Both the position numbers and the translations under genes were made by a program. A DNA stretch of 64,000 nucleotides from assembly GCA_030141605.1 (NCBI GenBank), contig JAQGDQ010000172.1, positions 248,001-312,000 on the forward strand. The letters are read 5' to 3'. This DNA is from Tubiluchus corallicola. Lineage: Eukaryota > Animalia > Priapulida. Of this stretch, positions 24,939 through 38,815 are shown piece after piece (position 1 is the first letter of the stretch; each line of letters begins with the position of its first letter). The notes below the pieces were generated by a model, which was not told the origin of the DNA, searched no databases, and was given only the letters and a program-made list of their open reading frames with translations.

Positions 24939-25514
24939 GTATATATTTTATCGTATTAATGACAGAAAACAACGACCAATGAGACGTCACTTCCAAATAT
25001 CTTTACAATTTTACTTCACCTTCGAAGTTTCAGAAATTAAAACGTTGCGAAATTTGGAAGATTTTGACTGCATTTTTTACATTCGTTGAGTGTTGAGCAT
25101 TTGTGAAATTTCTGGGTCAAACATGAATATTACATTTCACTATGGTGCCTGGTGAATGCCTGGTGCCTGAACGCATTTTTGTGTATGCTTTGAATTCAAC
25201 GCATTGGCAAGAATAGAGGATTTCTTTGGCTTAAGAAAAATATAATGACTTGGATTTTTTGTCCAGGATGAAGCTCAGCTTACCTCAAACTATGAAAAAA
25301 GGTCAAAAACTAAATGTTTAACTCGTTTTAATACAAGTGTTGCTTACTTGAACTCTTTTTGCACAACTATTTGTATAAATGAGCAACTTAGAAATTAACT
25401 ATAGCAGGTATGGTACAACTGTTGTAATATGCAGACATGTAAAAAGACATTCTGTTTAAGATATCAAATAATTGACTTTCTTTATAGGTTTTTGAAGAGC
25501 GCTCACTTGTAAAT

Positions 25515-26636
25515 ATGCTGGAACGTATGCTTGTCCTCATTTTTGCAGCATTAATTTGCAGTACAGCTACGGCGTACACCAACGATGAAAACGATCTGAA
25601 TCGTCATCTGATTGTTTTGTCTCCACCAAAATATAATGATTGGTACTACGAGCAGCAATACCAGGTCTCGGACAAAATCAACGATTTTTTAATTCGATAT
25701 GCTAAAGCCATTATAGGGAAAGACAATGTTGTCATTGTTGGCAATAATTTGAGTCTTAAACCCTTCCGAGAAGCTGATATTCCCGATGACGTCCTTCTGT
25801 ATGTGAAAAATCCAATGGAAGACATTTGGATGAGGGACTTTACAACCATTAACCCGTACGATCCATTCCAGCTGCGTTATTCTCTAGATGCACAGTTTAT
25901 TTACAGTGCATCGCAGGCCCGCAGAGATGCAGATTATGTTCAGCGACATTTTAGAAACACATTTAGATCATTGGGTGCTGACATTCCTTACATTGGTGAT
26001 AGAAAAGCATGGATACTCGATGGTGGCAATATGGTGGACAATTATAAGGACAAAATTATAGTGACACATAAATTCACGTGGGAAAATTATCTCTCTGATA
26101 GTAGAGCTATTCAGGAGTTACAGTACTTTTACCATGGAACCGAAACCAATAGTGTCGATGTCGCAATTATTCCATGGCTGGCAGGTGATTCTTTGGGTCA
26201 TGCTGATGGTATGGTGTCATTTATAGACGACAACGTCATTGCAGTAAGTCATGTGGGTCAGCAACAAACCATACAAGCATTAAATGCTGCATTTGATGAA
26301 GTGGAATTTGTTGAAATGCCCAATTTAGGATATACACCGCCACTCGACACGAACTTCGATTCTGCTTGTGGTCTAAGCGTTAATGCCGTACTTACAGAAA
26401 ATTACCTGTATCTTCCTGTTTTTGGAGAAGAAGGTAACCAAGAGGTGGTCAAGTTAGTCGAAGATAATACTAACAAAATAGTTGTACCAGTTAATGCTGA
26501 TGGCGTATGCGGTATGGGTGGAAGTGTTCGATGCCTCTCTTGGCAGCAAACTGGCGAGAATGCTAAAATAATCATACAAAAAGCACGTGAAACCAGTCCC
26601 AATAATATTTTCAACAACCCTCTTCCGAGGTACTGA
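25515..26636 (+). CDS. Secreted agmatine deiminase / PPAD-like enzyme, paralog 2
   Basis: 373-aa single-exon ORF; signal peptide ending ATA|YTNDE; the same WMRD, DGGN, GHADG and GGSVRC motifs; clear paralog of 18219-19355; AATAAA near 26752. Confidence 0.9.
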   Translation: MLERMLVLIFAALICSTATAYTNDENDLNRHLIVLSPPKYNDWYYEQQYQVSDKINDFLIRYAKAIIGKDNVVIVGNNLSLKPFREADIPDDVLLYVKNPMEDIWMRDFTTINPYDPFQLRYSLDAQFIYSASQARRDADYVQRHFRNTFRSLGADIPYIGDRKAWILDGGNMVDNYKDKIIVTHKFTWENYLSDSRAIQELQYFYHGTETNSVDVAIIPWLAGDSLGHADGMVSFIDDNVIAVSHVGQQQTIQALNAAFDEVEFVEMPNLGYTPPLDTNFDSACGLSVNAVLTENYLYLPVFGEEGNQEVVKLVEDNTNKIVVPVNADGVCGMGGSVRCLSWQQTGENAKIIIQKARETSPNNIFNNPLPRY

Positions 26637-27409
26637 AAATGAAATCTCTTGATCATATTGTAAAATTTCGTCGTCAGTTGCTTTTGCTGAATGGGCTTAA
26701 TGTCAACTATATTTGAAACCATTTAGCGGAGAAAATGGACATCCTAACGACAATAAATTATTATCAACGTCAGTAAACAATTTTTATGTATGGTGACAGT
26801 ACTGTTATGGTAATGGGCTTGCTGTTTTTTCACTACAGTTCAAGATTACTGTGGGAACTGCTGTACGGTACCAGTCGTTCTAGATAAATGATTGCATCCC
26901 CACCAACGTATGCGTGACAACATTATCCAGAAAAAATGAAGGCTTGTCAGTAAATTTACATTTCAGAATCCATCAGGTCCATTTTAGAGTCAATATTGTG
27001 TTAGACTATACTGACTTTAAAGTAGGTTTTATAACTTATGAAAGGTGGTTAGCAACTTTAATCATAAGGCTTTATTTTTCTGAACAGTGTTGCTGCACAT
27101 ATCTTGGTGGCGGTGCAGTCATTTATGCAGAAACTTTCTAGGTGTGGAAAAATTAATTAAAGGTAAAAAATAATTGATAGTTATTGTTATAAGGCCTGAA
27201 AAATTCCGAAACTTTCATTTGGATCATCGTGCATCATTTCGTGACTACGCAAATGTTGTTAATGAATTTTTCAGTGAGAAAAATTATTTAAAACAAAATA
27301 AATTTTTATTAAATTCACAATTTAACGCTTGTGCTAAATTTTTGTAAAATCGCAATAAACTATCAATCAAAATCAAATACTGTAAATTGTTTTTTAATTT
27401 AAGAACAGG

Positions 27410-27557
<148 letters not shown>

Positions 27558-28355
27558 TACAATAACAGCAAAATGTTATAGTTGTTGGAAGTCTTGTTTA
27601 TTTGTTGAAGGAATAAATAAATGTTCTTAAAATCCAAATGTAAGTATCGTGATCGTATCAAATTATTGTAGTACATAAATATTAACACCGAGTAGCAATC
27701 TTCTGTGGCGAGAGCAAATGCCCATATGTTGAGCACAAGTGTCTAAACCGTAATCCTTTTCTCTGCAACAGCATTCTGCAGCTGTTTATATATGCCTCAG
27801 TCTCCGTGCTATTTTTAACTCATGATATCAATACTATTCTTGGAATGATTTGCTTGACAGCAGAGAATCGTCCTCTGCTGGCTTGTCACCTTAGTAACTG
27901 CCCTCTCCTTACTTGCTAGTTAGAGGTCAAAATCTATTTTTAGTCTCTGACATCAGCTTTATCTTTAGAACCCTCTGGTCAGTAGTCATCGCACTGTAAC
28001 GGTTTCGAAGAATGAAATGAGCACAACGGGGCATTGCCTTGTTAACATTGATTCTAGGAAATGGGGTAGCTAATGTCATTGACCACTAACTACAACAAGT
28101 ACATATAGTATAAGCACAGTAGTATAAGCCCGAATTTTATGCTAAACAACTTGGTGCGCTTATTGATTACATGGTTCACTGATTCATTGGTTACATAAAC
28201 GTTGAATGACACACTTATAATAAAATTTTAAAACAAATTCAACAATCTTGCTGCTCCATCCTTTAAGTTGTTCTATATTTATTCAATTTTATTGTTTCCT
28301 TTAGTAGTTATTAATATTTGTTTCTAAATACATTTATTATAGTTAAAAGGAGAAG

Positions 28356-29860
28356 ATGAAATTTTTTAAACTACAGTGCATGGCCCCAGATAAGAAAGCC
28401 TTTGGCTTGGATGGCATAGTCTATGAGCATTTAACACGATCCATAGTACACATGCCACATTTAAACTGCTGTTTGTGCAATATAGTACAGTGCATATATT
28501 GGACTCGGGAAGTGTTCTTAAAGCATGTAAAACAGTATAATGAAAGTCCTGTACAAAGGAAAAGGTGATCCAAAAAAACTGTTATCGAGTTATCGAGGTG
28601 TAACACTCATGTGTAACACAATTGAGATACTGACACAAATGCTAAGCGCAAGACTGTACCAGCATGTCAGCTTGGTTTAGATGAGAAAGACCAAATATCT
28701 CAAGCATTTAATAGTTTAATAGACGCAATCAACACATGCCAAAGTCGCCCATCTATTCCGTCTTCATAGATGTTCAAAAGTGCTCTCTGAGAGTAAACTA
28801 ACTTGCAAGTGTGAACGACTTGACAAACTCTTGCGCAAGTTCTCCCTGAGTGATCATGTAATTTAAGACGACCATTAAAAGCTAGATATTGGGTCTAACG
28901 CATCGTCACCATCGAGTCAGCCATAAAACTATTAATCAAGTAAAAAATAGTTTAAAATAAACATCTCGTATATCTCGTACATAATTATGTAGCTTTTTAA
29001 ACCTAAAACAATAGTATGGAAATTCAAAGAGCAGCTCTGTTTTTATAGTATGCATAAATTCATAATAATAATTGATAAATTTGTCATTTTTACAATTAAT
29101 TTTTATGCCACTAGTATGTAGATCCTCCATGATTCCCTAGATGCACTTGGTGCGGAATTACGGTTCGAAATTTTTTAAAGGTACGAAGTATGTTGTGTTT
29201 TTTTTGGTACCATACCGTCCTGCCAGCCTTGCTCTGAGAGTTAAACTCGCAACGATTTGGCAAGTTCTCTTGCCAGTTATTGTAACTGTCGAAGATTTGC
29301 TGAGAGTTAACTAGCGCAAAAAATTGCGAGAGAACATTCCAAGTCGTTCACACTTGCGAGTTTACTCTCAGAAACAACTTGTGACAGAACCCTCTAGTCC
29401 GAAAGCGCAGTTAAGAACATGTTCATATAATTTCATATGACTAGTAAAATCCTAGTCTACTCATTTTCGTTAGAAAATTATACATTCTTGACGATGGACT
29501 TGGATATCTGTACCTATTTCGCAGAAAAGTGGTGTATTATAAGGAGCTTCTCTTGGCCCCCTACTTTTCTGTTGTTCCTTAAAGATTTTCCAACCTATAT
29601 TTCAAATGTTTCAATGCTCTGAGGCATCTTCTCTTTTATATGCTGACGATCTTGTTATTTATGCTACGTTTCAGCTAACTGCAAGCGGCAGAAAATAAAT
29701 GCTTTAGAATGGTGAGCTTATAACAACAAAACGATGTGGAAAGAGAAAAAAATCAAAAGTATTGAAGTTTAAGAACAGAGCTTGTCTTGCAAATGGTAAC
29801 AAACCATTGCAAATCGTATCATATGTCAATATCTTAACAACTAAAAGTTTGTGGGAAAAC
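28356..29860 (+). mobile_element. Degraded non-LTR retrotransposon RT fragment interrupted by a MITE
   Basis: Remnants KKAFGLDGIVYEHL, FIDVQK, GASLGPLLF and LYADDLVIY, with stops and frameshifts. Confidence 0.65.
28786..29372. mobile_element. MITE-like element with ~35-bp terminal inverted repeats
   Basis: TCTGAGAGTAAACT..GCAAGTGTGAACGACTTG at the left end and its reverse complement ending at 29372. Confidence 0.75.
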
Positions 29861-30612
29861 TAGCTTTGCATAGACATAGCCGAATATTCGTTCCACATAT
29901 TCCACTGAATAGTTGGTTAATATAGTTAATGATAGTTAATGATATAGTTAATGATAGTACTGGCCTTTTGCCTTTTACAGCACCCCAGCCATGAAACAAG
30001 AACAGTAGAAACAGCCTAACTATACCAATCGTCATGTTGATGCTCGGTGCTTTACGCACGGATTACACCGCAAATTAGGTGAATGTGTATAACATTATGT
30101 GGTTTGGGCGAGGTGTATAACTGTATATCCTCTACTCTCTTGCAGCAATAATGGCGATTAGTTGTTAGCAATTTTGTTCATTGAACAGTATTATAGCTTG
30201 AATTTCTTGCTATCTTGTTGTAACTTTGTAATCGTTACATATTTATATGTTTACTATAGTTGAGCATATAGTTTGTTGCAGCATAGGGTTTAACAGGGTG
30301 AGCGGGCATTTACTGAGGTCTGAATAGAGATGTCGTTTATATGTTTGAAAGCATCTTTCTTTTCTACTTCAAACACCATCCTGAAAGAAGTGGAATGCAA
30401 TACCCCCATCATTTGAACAGTTTGGCTGATCTTACCTTAAGTGTTTGCGTGGATTAGGTGTCAATTATCAAATTTAATTAAATTAATTTTACACCATCTT
30501 ACGGTTTAAAGTGTAGATTTTTATCTCACACAAGGCTCACACAAGGTTTTATCTTTTTGACTATTTTTGAAACATCCTCACACCTCACGAAAGGTCATGC
30601 ACACCCGTGTAT

Positions 30613-30925
30613 TATTACAACAGTCTCTTTTATCTTTTTATACTCTCTACCGCATTTTTATCGCGAATTTTAAAAAAATAAAAGAAAACAAATAAATAAA
30701 ATATTTTGATCTCAAGTTCTTAATCTCTTGGTCTAGATAAGGACTTCCGCGTGGAATGTGGAGCCGTATGCTATTACAACTGTTTCTTGTATCTTTTTCT
30801 ATTCTCTACGGTATTCTGTACCGTGAATTTGAGAAAAAGAAAACTAACTAAATAAATAAAATGTTTTGATCTCATATTCTAAATCTCTTGATCTGGAGAA
30901 TTCCGCGTGGGATTGTGGAGCTGTT
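30613..30925. repeat. Diverged ~160-bp tandem duplication
   Basis: Two copies of TATTACAAC...TTTTGATCTCA...TTCCGCGTGG..TGTGGAGC. Confidence 0.8.
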
Positions 30926-33208
30926 GACAATAAAAATCTTTAGTTTTTACTATACCTCTTTCCATAATCTTTTTCACAGTATTATTAAAATAATTTTGTG
31001 TTTACAAATGTAGTTTGCATCCACTGAAGTAGAACGACAGGCAATTTTTACAGTAGATATGCCATAGTAATTTTTCCCCGCTGTAAGGTTTGGTGATATC
31101 ATAAGTTTTTTTTCACATAAAAATCGCTCCACACAGGTGAATACACTGAGAAAGGTTGAAAAATAAGCACAGATCAAAAACAGATTAATAGTAACTAATT
31201 TCCTATTAATAGAAGGTACCTGCTAAAGTTTTTCTTAAACAGGTGATGTTGTAGTTAACAGGAAAGGTATTTTCTTGTAAAAGATTCCACGGGAGAAAAA
31301 TGGAATTAACAATGATTAAAGTTGCTTTTCAATGACTATAGAGGGTGTGGAATTGCTTGGTGAAATATTTGTTTGACAAAAACCCAAATTTAGTACACAA
31401 TATTGATTTTTATTCATTTCGACCAGGACATTAATTGGTGGCCATTTTGAAATCACGCTATTTAGGACATTTGGACTCATTTTGGCTGATTTTAGATTAT
31501 CAGCTAGCTAGGGGCATGTGCAACTTTCTGAAATTACGTTATTTAGGACATTTAGCCTGATTAAGATGAGCTCAGCCCAACTGAGAAAGTTTCTGTCGCA
31601 ATTTATTTAGGTTCACCTCCTTCTTTACTAGTAGGACCCTCCTAATATAGTTCGCCGCGAGTGCCGGATCCCCTCTTCCAGAGTGTCGTACTATGTAAAA
31701 ATGGCGTAAACCTGCCGAATATTAATTCAATTTTACCCTCATGCAGCGTTAGATAGTTACTATGCATCATCAATAAATTTTCAATTGTACTGAACGACTG
31801 AACATCTCATATATATAATAGTCTATATGGTTCCTCTGTATTGTAGAGTATCATAATACTTTCTATCTTCTCTAGTTTATGCATTTTCTATATCGCTATC
31901 CTATGGTTCCATAAGTCTAAGTATTTTGAGAGTTTCATAACACGTATCATTGCGCTGAAAAACCCCAGCCGCAGAACAGAGCTTCGGGGAAAACACCTAT
32001 TTCCACTCATATACTGATCAGACTGAAGTCTGTTTTACTCTGTTTGAGACTCTGTTTGACAGGTAAGATGCAATTAAGTAATGTCGCTCAGCTGAACTCA
32101 ATGTAAAATCTGCACTAGAGGTAATTAAAATTTCGTGGTCAGCTGTAAAAATATAACAAAGCCTTTAATTCTAGCCGGACTTTGATTCAAGGTTACGAAG
32201 GTTTTTGCAGCAGAACTATTTTCACATTTGTATTTTCCTCATCTTTTAGAAAAGTTTCAACTTTTCAACAGTAAACCAATTTTATTTGCGTAAAGGTTTT
32301 GAAAGCAGCAGGTTCACCTGACGTGCAGCTCAATCAACCTATACCTGGCCAGGTGAATTACAATGGGTGACGAACATACACGAAGAGCACGGACTCTTTT
32401 CGCTTCAAGGATCCCGGTAATCGTTCCCTCTCTATAATTCAAGGCTAGGACATGTGGGCAGTGATTTTAGTTTGTTTATGTTCGTCGCGGAGAAACTTAT
32501 TTGTTGCCATTTTTTGATATTATACACGAAGTAGCTTTTATACATATATTTTTGTATAAAATAGTGTGTTATAAAACAGTTTGTGAATTCTTTGACGAAG
32601 TATATGTTTATTAATTTTATCTTTTTGAAACAATTATGATTTTATAATTTTGAAATAATCAAAATTACATTTTGTGTCAACTCCACTTAAAATATAAAAA
32701 AAACCGAGAGGATTTGTCAGTGTAAATAGTGTTTCTATTAATATTGTCATACTTGACAAGCTTGGGGTATTGAATTTCACGGCTTTGCGCAAGTTACGTC
32801 GATTCATTCAAAGAACGCTAATGTAAGTATTAATAAGCTTTTTAGATAGCTACTAAGAAATCGCACACTTTTACTGGATACTAGATGACTACACTTTTGC
32901 GCACGAGAAATCCTGTTCTAAGCCACTTATATGTTGAGATATGTTGAGATTTTGAGATATGTTAACTATTTGGCACCAATTTAATACTATTCTTCACTTT
33001 TGAAAAATTTCTATGGTACGCACGGAAGGGTTGAAAATGTCATTCTCTTCTTTAGTCAGTTTTTCTTTATTTTGCCCATTTTTCTATGCCTGCTATAGGG
33101 CAACATACGTCTTTCTGAAAGAGTAACAAACACAATAATAACTTGATTAAATACTGAAATTAATTAAATAACTAATTATAGTTATAGTATTTTACATTGT
33201 ATGTTTAT

Positions 33209-33972
33209 ATCAGGTGGTGCAAAATGTGCCCAAGTTTTAATTACGATATTATAAAAAGGAAGTAACGGAATCGTAAAAAAATTACCATACTGATGTTACA
33301 GACGCTTATGTATAAGTACCCGAAAAAATTTTAGGTCATTCTTTTGACTTTTCTAAAAATACAAAAGTTTTAAATAAAAATTCAAAAAATTGAATGCCGG
33401 AAAAAATTTGTATGCCACTATTGTTAAAATTTACAGCAAATGCTCTATGTATCCGCCATTTTCACTGCAAGATAGACGAAGGCGTTTCTTCTAACAGCTC
33501 AGGCATTTTATCATTACTTTATGGAGTATTTAGTCTCAGCACTCAATAATATTTGCCTTTAGTTCCTTTCAATCAAATGGTTTTGCGTGTGCTTGGACTT
33601 TCTCTTTAAGAAAATTCCAGATACCGTAATCCAGAGGATCAAGTCCAATTTTTCTTGATCATTCTTCTTGAACAATTCTTTATCAGTTCTTTATTTTCTG
33701 TGTGAATACCATGGTGTAAATTACTTTGGTGTTTTTCACTTGACAGTTATAGCTGACATTGTTTCGACATTTATTTTTTAACATGAAAACGTTTTTAAGC
33801 ATATTTAAAAACCACTAATAATTATAAACTAATAATAATTATAAGCACCTGTAAACTTATAATTTTCACAACGAAAAATCCATGCATTGTAATATCACGC
33901 TTTGAAGTTTCAACTTTTGAGGACGCGTACTCCCATTAATATTGTAGTCTAAACTTCTCTCTGCGCCACCCT
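33209..33972 (-). mobile_element. Internally deleted Tc1/mariner (maT-like) element, second copy
   Basis: Imperfect TIRs (CAGGTGGTGC.../...GCGCCACCCT) near TA dinucleotides; minus-strand remnants MVFT.., DL.PLDYGIWNF (33611-33646, SPDLNP-like motif) and KKRLRL..ENGGYIEHLL*. Confidence 0.75.
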
Positions 33973-35107
33973 ATATGTCACTGAATACAAAACAACCGCA
34001 CTTTTGAATTACGTCTTTTTGCGGTTTTCCCGAATTTAAATGCTCACCTATCTTTTTATATGTTCGTTTTATATTTTAGAGATTAAAAACATTTGAATGC
34101 AGATAATTAGCCTTGGCATTTAAGGCGGTCAATATTCCAGAAATGTGATAATGTTATGTTGACGTTATATATAACGTTACACCCTACTTCACCAATCTAC
34201 AAGTAAACAGTGGGACAGGTCCTGTTTGTTTAGTTTGTTTGGACTTGCAAGGCTTACAGACCACTTTGTGTTAATATTAAAATACGCCATTTAACCGGCA
34301 CAATAATAAAATTTAGTCAGTTTTTACTTAAACTTTTCAATTTTTGTCCCATTATTAGACAGCAACTTCTAACCTACATAATTCACAGTAATTACGCTTT
34401 ATAAATTAACAATTCAGGTGTCACTGTTGAATAATAAAACCAAATGTCTCTACAGTCAGGCATGTATAGCAGCTTAGATTTTTTTATACCTTGTGATTGT
34501 GATTTGTAAATTTTTAATACATAAGTTTCGAAAAATTCTCGCCTCGGGGCACACTATGGCAGTTTTCATAAATGTTGACCTACATGTGTTGTGCAAAAGC
34601 AACTTCTACGAAATGTTTAGCATTACTAACGTTCATTGCGTAAAGGATTCACTCGTGGGTGGACTTACTTGTTTAGGAAATTTTAAAACGGATGTAACAA
34701 AATGCACGCAGCGCAGCTTTGAGTCGCTGCGTGTAATTTTTTTATTCAATAGCACCTGACAAGCAGATCTAATACCAGAAAAGATTAATTGTTTTTAAAC
34801 TTTTGTAAGAACAGAAGAAGCAGAGCACCACAGAAGTACCACAGAAGAAATAGCAGAAAAGATGAAATTATTTTTTATCATATCGTTAGTCACTCAAATC
34901 AATTATGACAATCATTGAACATTAATGGTATGACAATTACAAATGACATTTTAAACTTAGAATCATAATTATCGAGATTAAAAGGTATTGAAACAAATTT
35001 AAGTTATCATTAAAAAATAAACCCGTTTGCTCTTTATGTGTAAACGTATCTTAGTTGAATATCAAGTGATAGATTTTCATGGGTATAAGGTAAAGAAGTG
35101 ACAAACA

Positions 35108-35322
35108 ACCTAGAACAAGTTGCAATAGAATTTTTCTATTCAGATTCTGTTAGAATGTAGTCTCAAGTGCCCTCAACAAAAAATCGGCCAAAATCTGCTT
35201 CAGTGCTTTTGAGATATACGAAAAGGCCACTAAAAGTACCAAAGCCGAATTTTGTTGAGGGCACTCGAGACCACATTCTAACAGATTCTGAAGGGAAAAA
35301 TTCTATCGAATTTGTTCTAGGT
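35108..35322. mobile_element. Hairpin MITE-like element, ~80-bp inverted arms
   Basis: ACCTAGAACAA...GTGCCCTCAACAAAA..TCGGC (35108-35188) pairs with GCCGAATTTTGTTGAGGGCAC...TTGTTCTAGGT (35244-35322). Confidence 0.8.
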
Positions 35323-36009
35323 ATCTCTTTATTTGGAACAGGGAAACGAGAATCAGAATCACGGACCCAGAAATAAATGAGATTCACACAAGCAGTCGAA
35401 CTGCAACACTTGTGTGAAAGGGGCGTACATGAGGGAGGCTACGATAAAATAGATACGATAGATACGATTAAATGGCCGTACAATGCTCAGTGTATCAAAC
35501 GAGACTAAAAAGCAACACTCAAAAACTGATAATTATGTACTTTCACAAACCGATTCCGTATTACGTAGAGCAACAATATCTGCCTAATATATGTTGTAGG
35601 GCCGCTTAAAATTCTTACTATACCAACTTTTTTTCCCGTTTTACTACCTAATAACGTCAGTTTCATAAGTTTGACCTTTCCGACATGTACATAAAGAAGT
35701 TGTTTGGCAGAACAATATCATTGCACCGTTTCCATTGAACCGCCCACTCTATCCATTCAATTTACGATTCTAAAAATGCTTGTTGACTTAAACACAAAGG
35801 CTGTTTGACGACGAGACTAGAATAATTTGTATGTGTTTGCTCTTCTTACATTTGATTACTTCTTATGGCTCTTGAGTTCTGCAAGATGGCTGCCTGGAGA
35901 CAAATAGCCTTCAATGTGGACAAGGCCACTCAATGTCGCACTAAAGTTCCTCATCATATAAGTTTTGGCGTCACTTCATGTAATATCTCATTACATCAAG
36001 GTCGTTCTT

Positions 36010-36069
36010 GATGATGATGATGATGATAATAATAATAATAGTAACAATAATAATAATAATAATAATTAT

Positions 36070-36125
<56 letters not shown>

Positions 36126-36131
36126 TAATAA
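36010..36131. repeat. (GAT)n/(AAT)n microsatellite
   Basis: Direct reading. Confidence 0.95.
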
Positions 36132-37849
36132 GGTTGATGACAGTACTATTGATGATATTGTACTACTTCTAGAAACAATGGTCTTGTCAGAATGTTCTGT
36201 CATCTTTAGTTTTTATTAGGCTATTGTTTATTGTTTGCGATAGAGTAACCTGTGAATCGTGTTGGTAAAGTCTGAATGGTTTGCATCTCCTGCGATTCTT
36301 AGCTGTAGTCACAATAAATGTCGGAAGGCTGTCGTAAACTGGAAAAATTTTATGACTAATTCAAGGGTCTAATCAGTCCTCTTTGGTTGTTGTGAACTTC
36401 ATTAGCACACAATCGAATAATTTCATTAGTTCAGATAGCCAGAAGAGCACAAAGTGTGAAGAGGACGTCCGTCCAATTACAGAAACTATTGGTCTATTTT
36501 GCTGCGCGCTATTTGATGTGATAATCTCTAATGTCCCAAGTAGCTAGTAGTAAACAATTTACAACTGTTGCTACTTAACGTCTCTGTATTCTTATCAAAT
36601 CATCGAATCGCGACAAATGGTCAGAAAGACGATCTTATCTGAGCACAGAAACTTCTGAATAATATTTCCTCATCTAGAGTGATAATTTAGTTTTCGTTTG
36701 ATGAATAAAACTTTCGTTTCTGTAAATGCCTTATTAGTTAATAAGTGGTGCCAATTTGGGAACACTAATAAATGTTAAATACGTTTTGACGAAACAGGAT
36801 AGAAAAGCATACTGAATACTGAAAACCCAGTGAAAAAACCCACTATAGAATGTCCCCAACTCTGTCAACTTGCATGATATAGCAATTAATCCAAAAAGTT
36901 AACATCAGTAGGACAAATAGTGCATGTAAGAACAAGTAGATATTTTTCAAAGATTTAGGAAAACGGTAGTTAAGCATGTACTTTTATTATTTTAATTCTA
37001 ATTTATTTTGCGGGTTTGCACCAGACAGTTTTTACAACGGATAAGAGGGCATTCCCGAAAGCATTTGAAATCTGTAAACCAAACAATGTTCTTAGGATAT
37101 TGCAAGGAAAGATTGTGACATCCCGTGACAATTGACAGTGTCTAATACATATAATTTTCTTAGAACTATTATAATCAGAATGACATAAGCGGATGTTATT
37201 TATGAGTTACATTGTCGCTGTCGCAGTTCTCAAAATGACAACAACACAATAATACCCGAAGTCTAAGCATAATTATTTTTCTGCACCTTTAATTTTAACT
37301 CATTATGATCGTTAACCGTCTACTTATGTAGAAAACATGGTAATAAGAACTAAATTTGTCTTGATTATAGTTTAGTGCTTAGTAGCACCGTGTTGGTCAC
37401 GTTGTATGACAGTAATGCAGTGCAAATCCATAAACAGTGTACTTGACAGCTGCGGGGTACAGTAATTGTAGCCTACCTATATTATATACGGTTGTAAAGA
37501 ACCTTACCCTAAAATTAAGGGCGAGTCTTTCAATTTTTCGCACGCATGGCCACTTATGGATATAAACTGATTATCGCGGAACCAGCCACCCAATGAAGAA
37601 CCGGCTCCAAGATCGCAGAGCATTAGAGTTAATGTAGCAGAATAAAAGAAAAGCACAAACACGAGAAAGTTCTATGACAGTGTGGACTAGATTTTGTGCT
37701 TAATATTGTAAAATTTTTGACTGATGTTAATTCGTTAAATATAATAATTAAGGATAATAAATTTGCGAAAAGATTTGAGAGCCGACAAAACTTTTTTATT
37801 GCCAGCCAATAGCAGCAAGGTTGTTTTGTTGTTTGGACAGGCCAAGGCT

Positions 37850-38815
37850 ACAGGAATATGCGTTTAGGAAGTAACAAAGCAAAAAAACTTGAAAAGTAGA
37901 ATTATATCCGCTGTACTGAGATGTCGGAGTCTCAGCTTTTAGAAATGATTAGGAATTTTTGATGACCTTGCATTGTTAGCGCTTAGTTTAAAGCTCGACA
38001 AGAAACAATAAAAATTTGAAAGGCTTTGACTTTGTTAATATCCAACGTATCCAAGGTAAAAAGCAAGTCATTCCACAACCATCAACATACTAAGCGTGGA
38101 TTCCGGATTGCTTAAAATATAGAGCTATTTCATGCAGATGATATAATGAGGAAATTTATTCTTAGAAATAATAACGCAACTGGAAATTTCGCTTGGCTTC
38201 ACCAAATTTTAAAATTTTATGTATGACAATCATAGAAACTGCATAAAAATCATGTAGGTGTTTTTATTCGTACAAGTAATACTACAAAACTCACTATTCA
38301 GGCAATAGTGTATGTGTACTTTTTCATTAATTTTTTGCTTATGTGAGGGAAATAATACAAAATGTTTATGTGAAACATACAATGTTATCAATATTGTTTA
38401 AATCAATAAAAGTTATGCCCCAGTGTGCGCGAAACTTTGTTTGAAAAAAGGAAAGACGAATATACATTTATTAAGAAATTAGTGATTTATTAATATAAGC
38501 AACCACATCTTAATTTACCTTTTTATTAACTCATCATATTATCCCTTATATCTTTCATGTAGTTCCCTGAATTCCTTTTTCTTCGTTGTCCTTTTCAAGA
38601 AATAAAAAGACGTTATGTATTCTTAGTATGTAGAGTTCAATGTCAAAAAACACAAATTATAATTATATCTGTCAGTACCTTACAAAGCTGTCAAATCGTT
38701 GCTAGCGTGTTTCATTGGAATGCGCTATGTCACATACTTGTATTTTATAAGCAGGTACTCCCTGGGGGTCTGACGTAGGCCCTCTGCTATTTCTTATACG
38801 TATATAACGATCGAA
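37850..38815 (+). mobile_element. Very decayed LINE RT fragments
   Basis: DDLALLA at ~37961 and GTPWGSDVGPLLFLI at ~38754; boundaries approximate. Confidence 0.4.
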
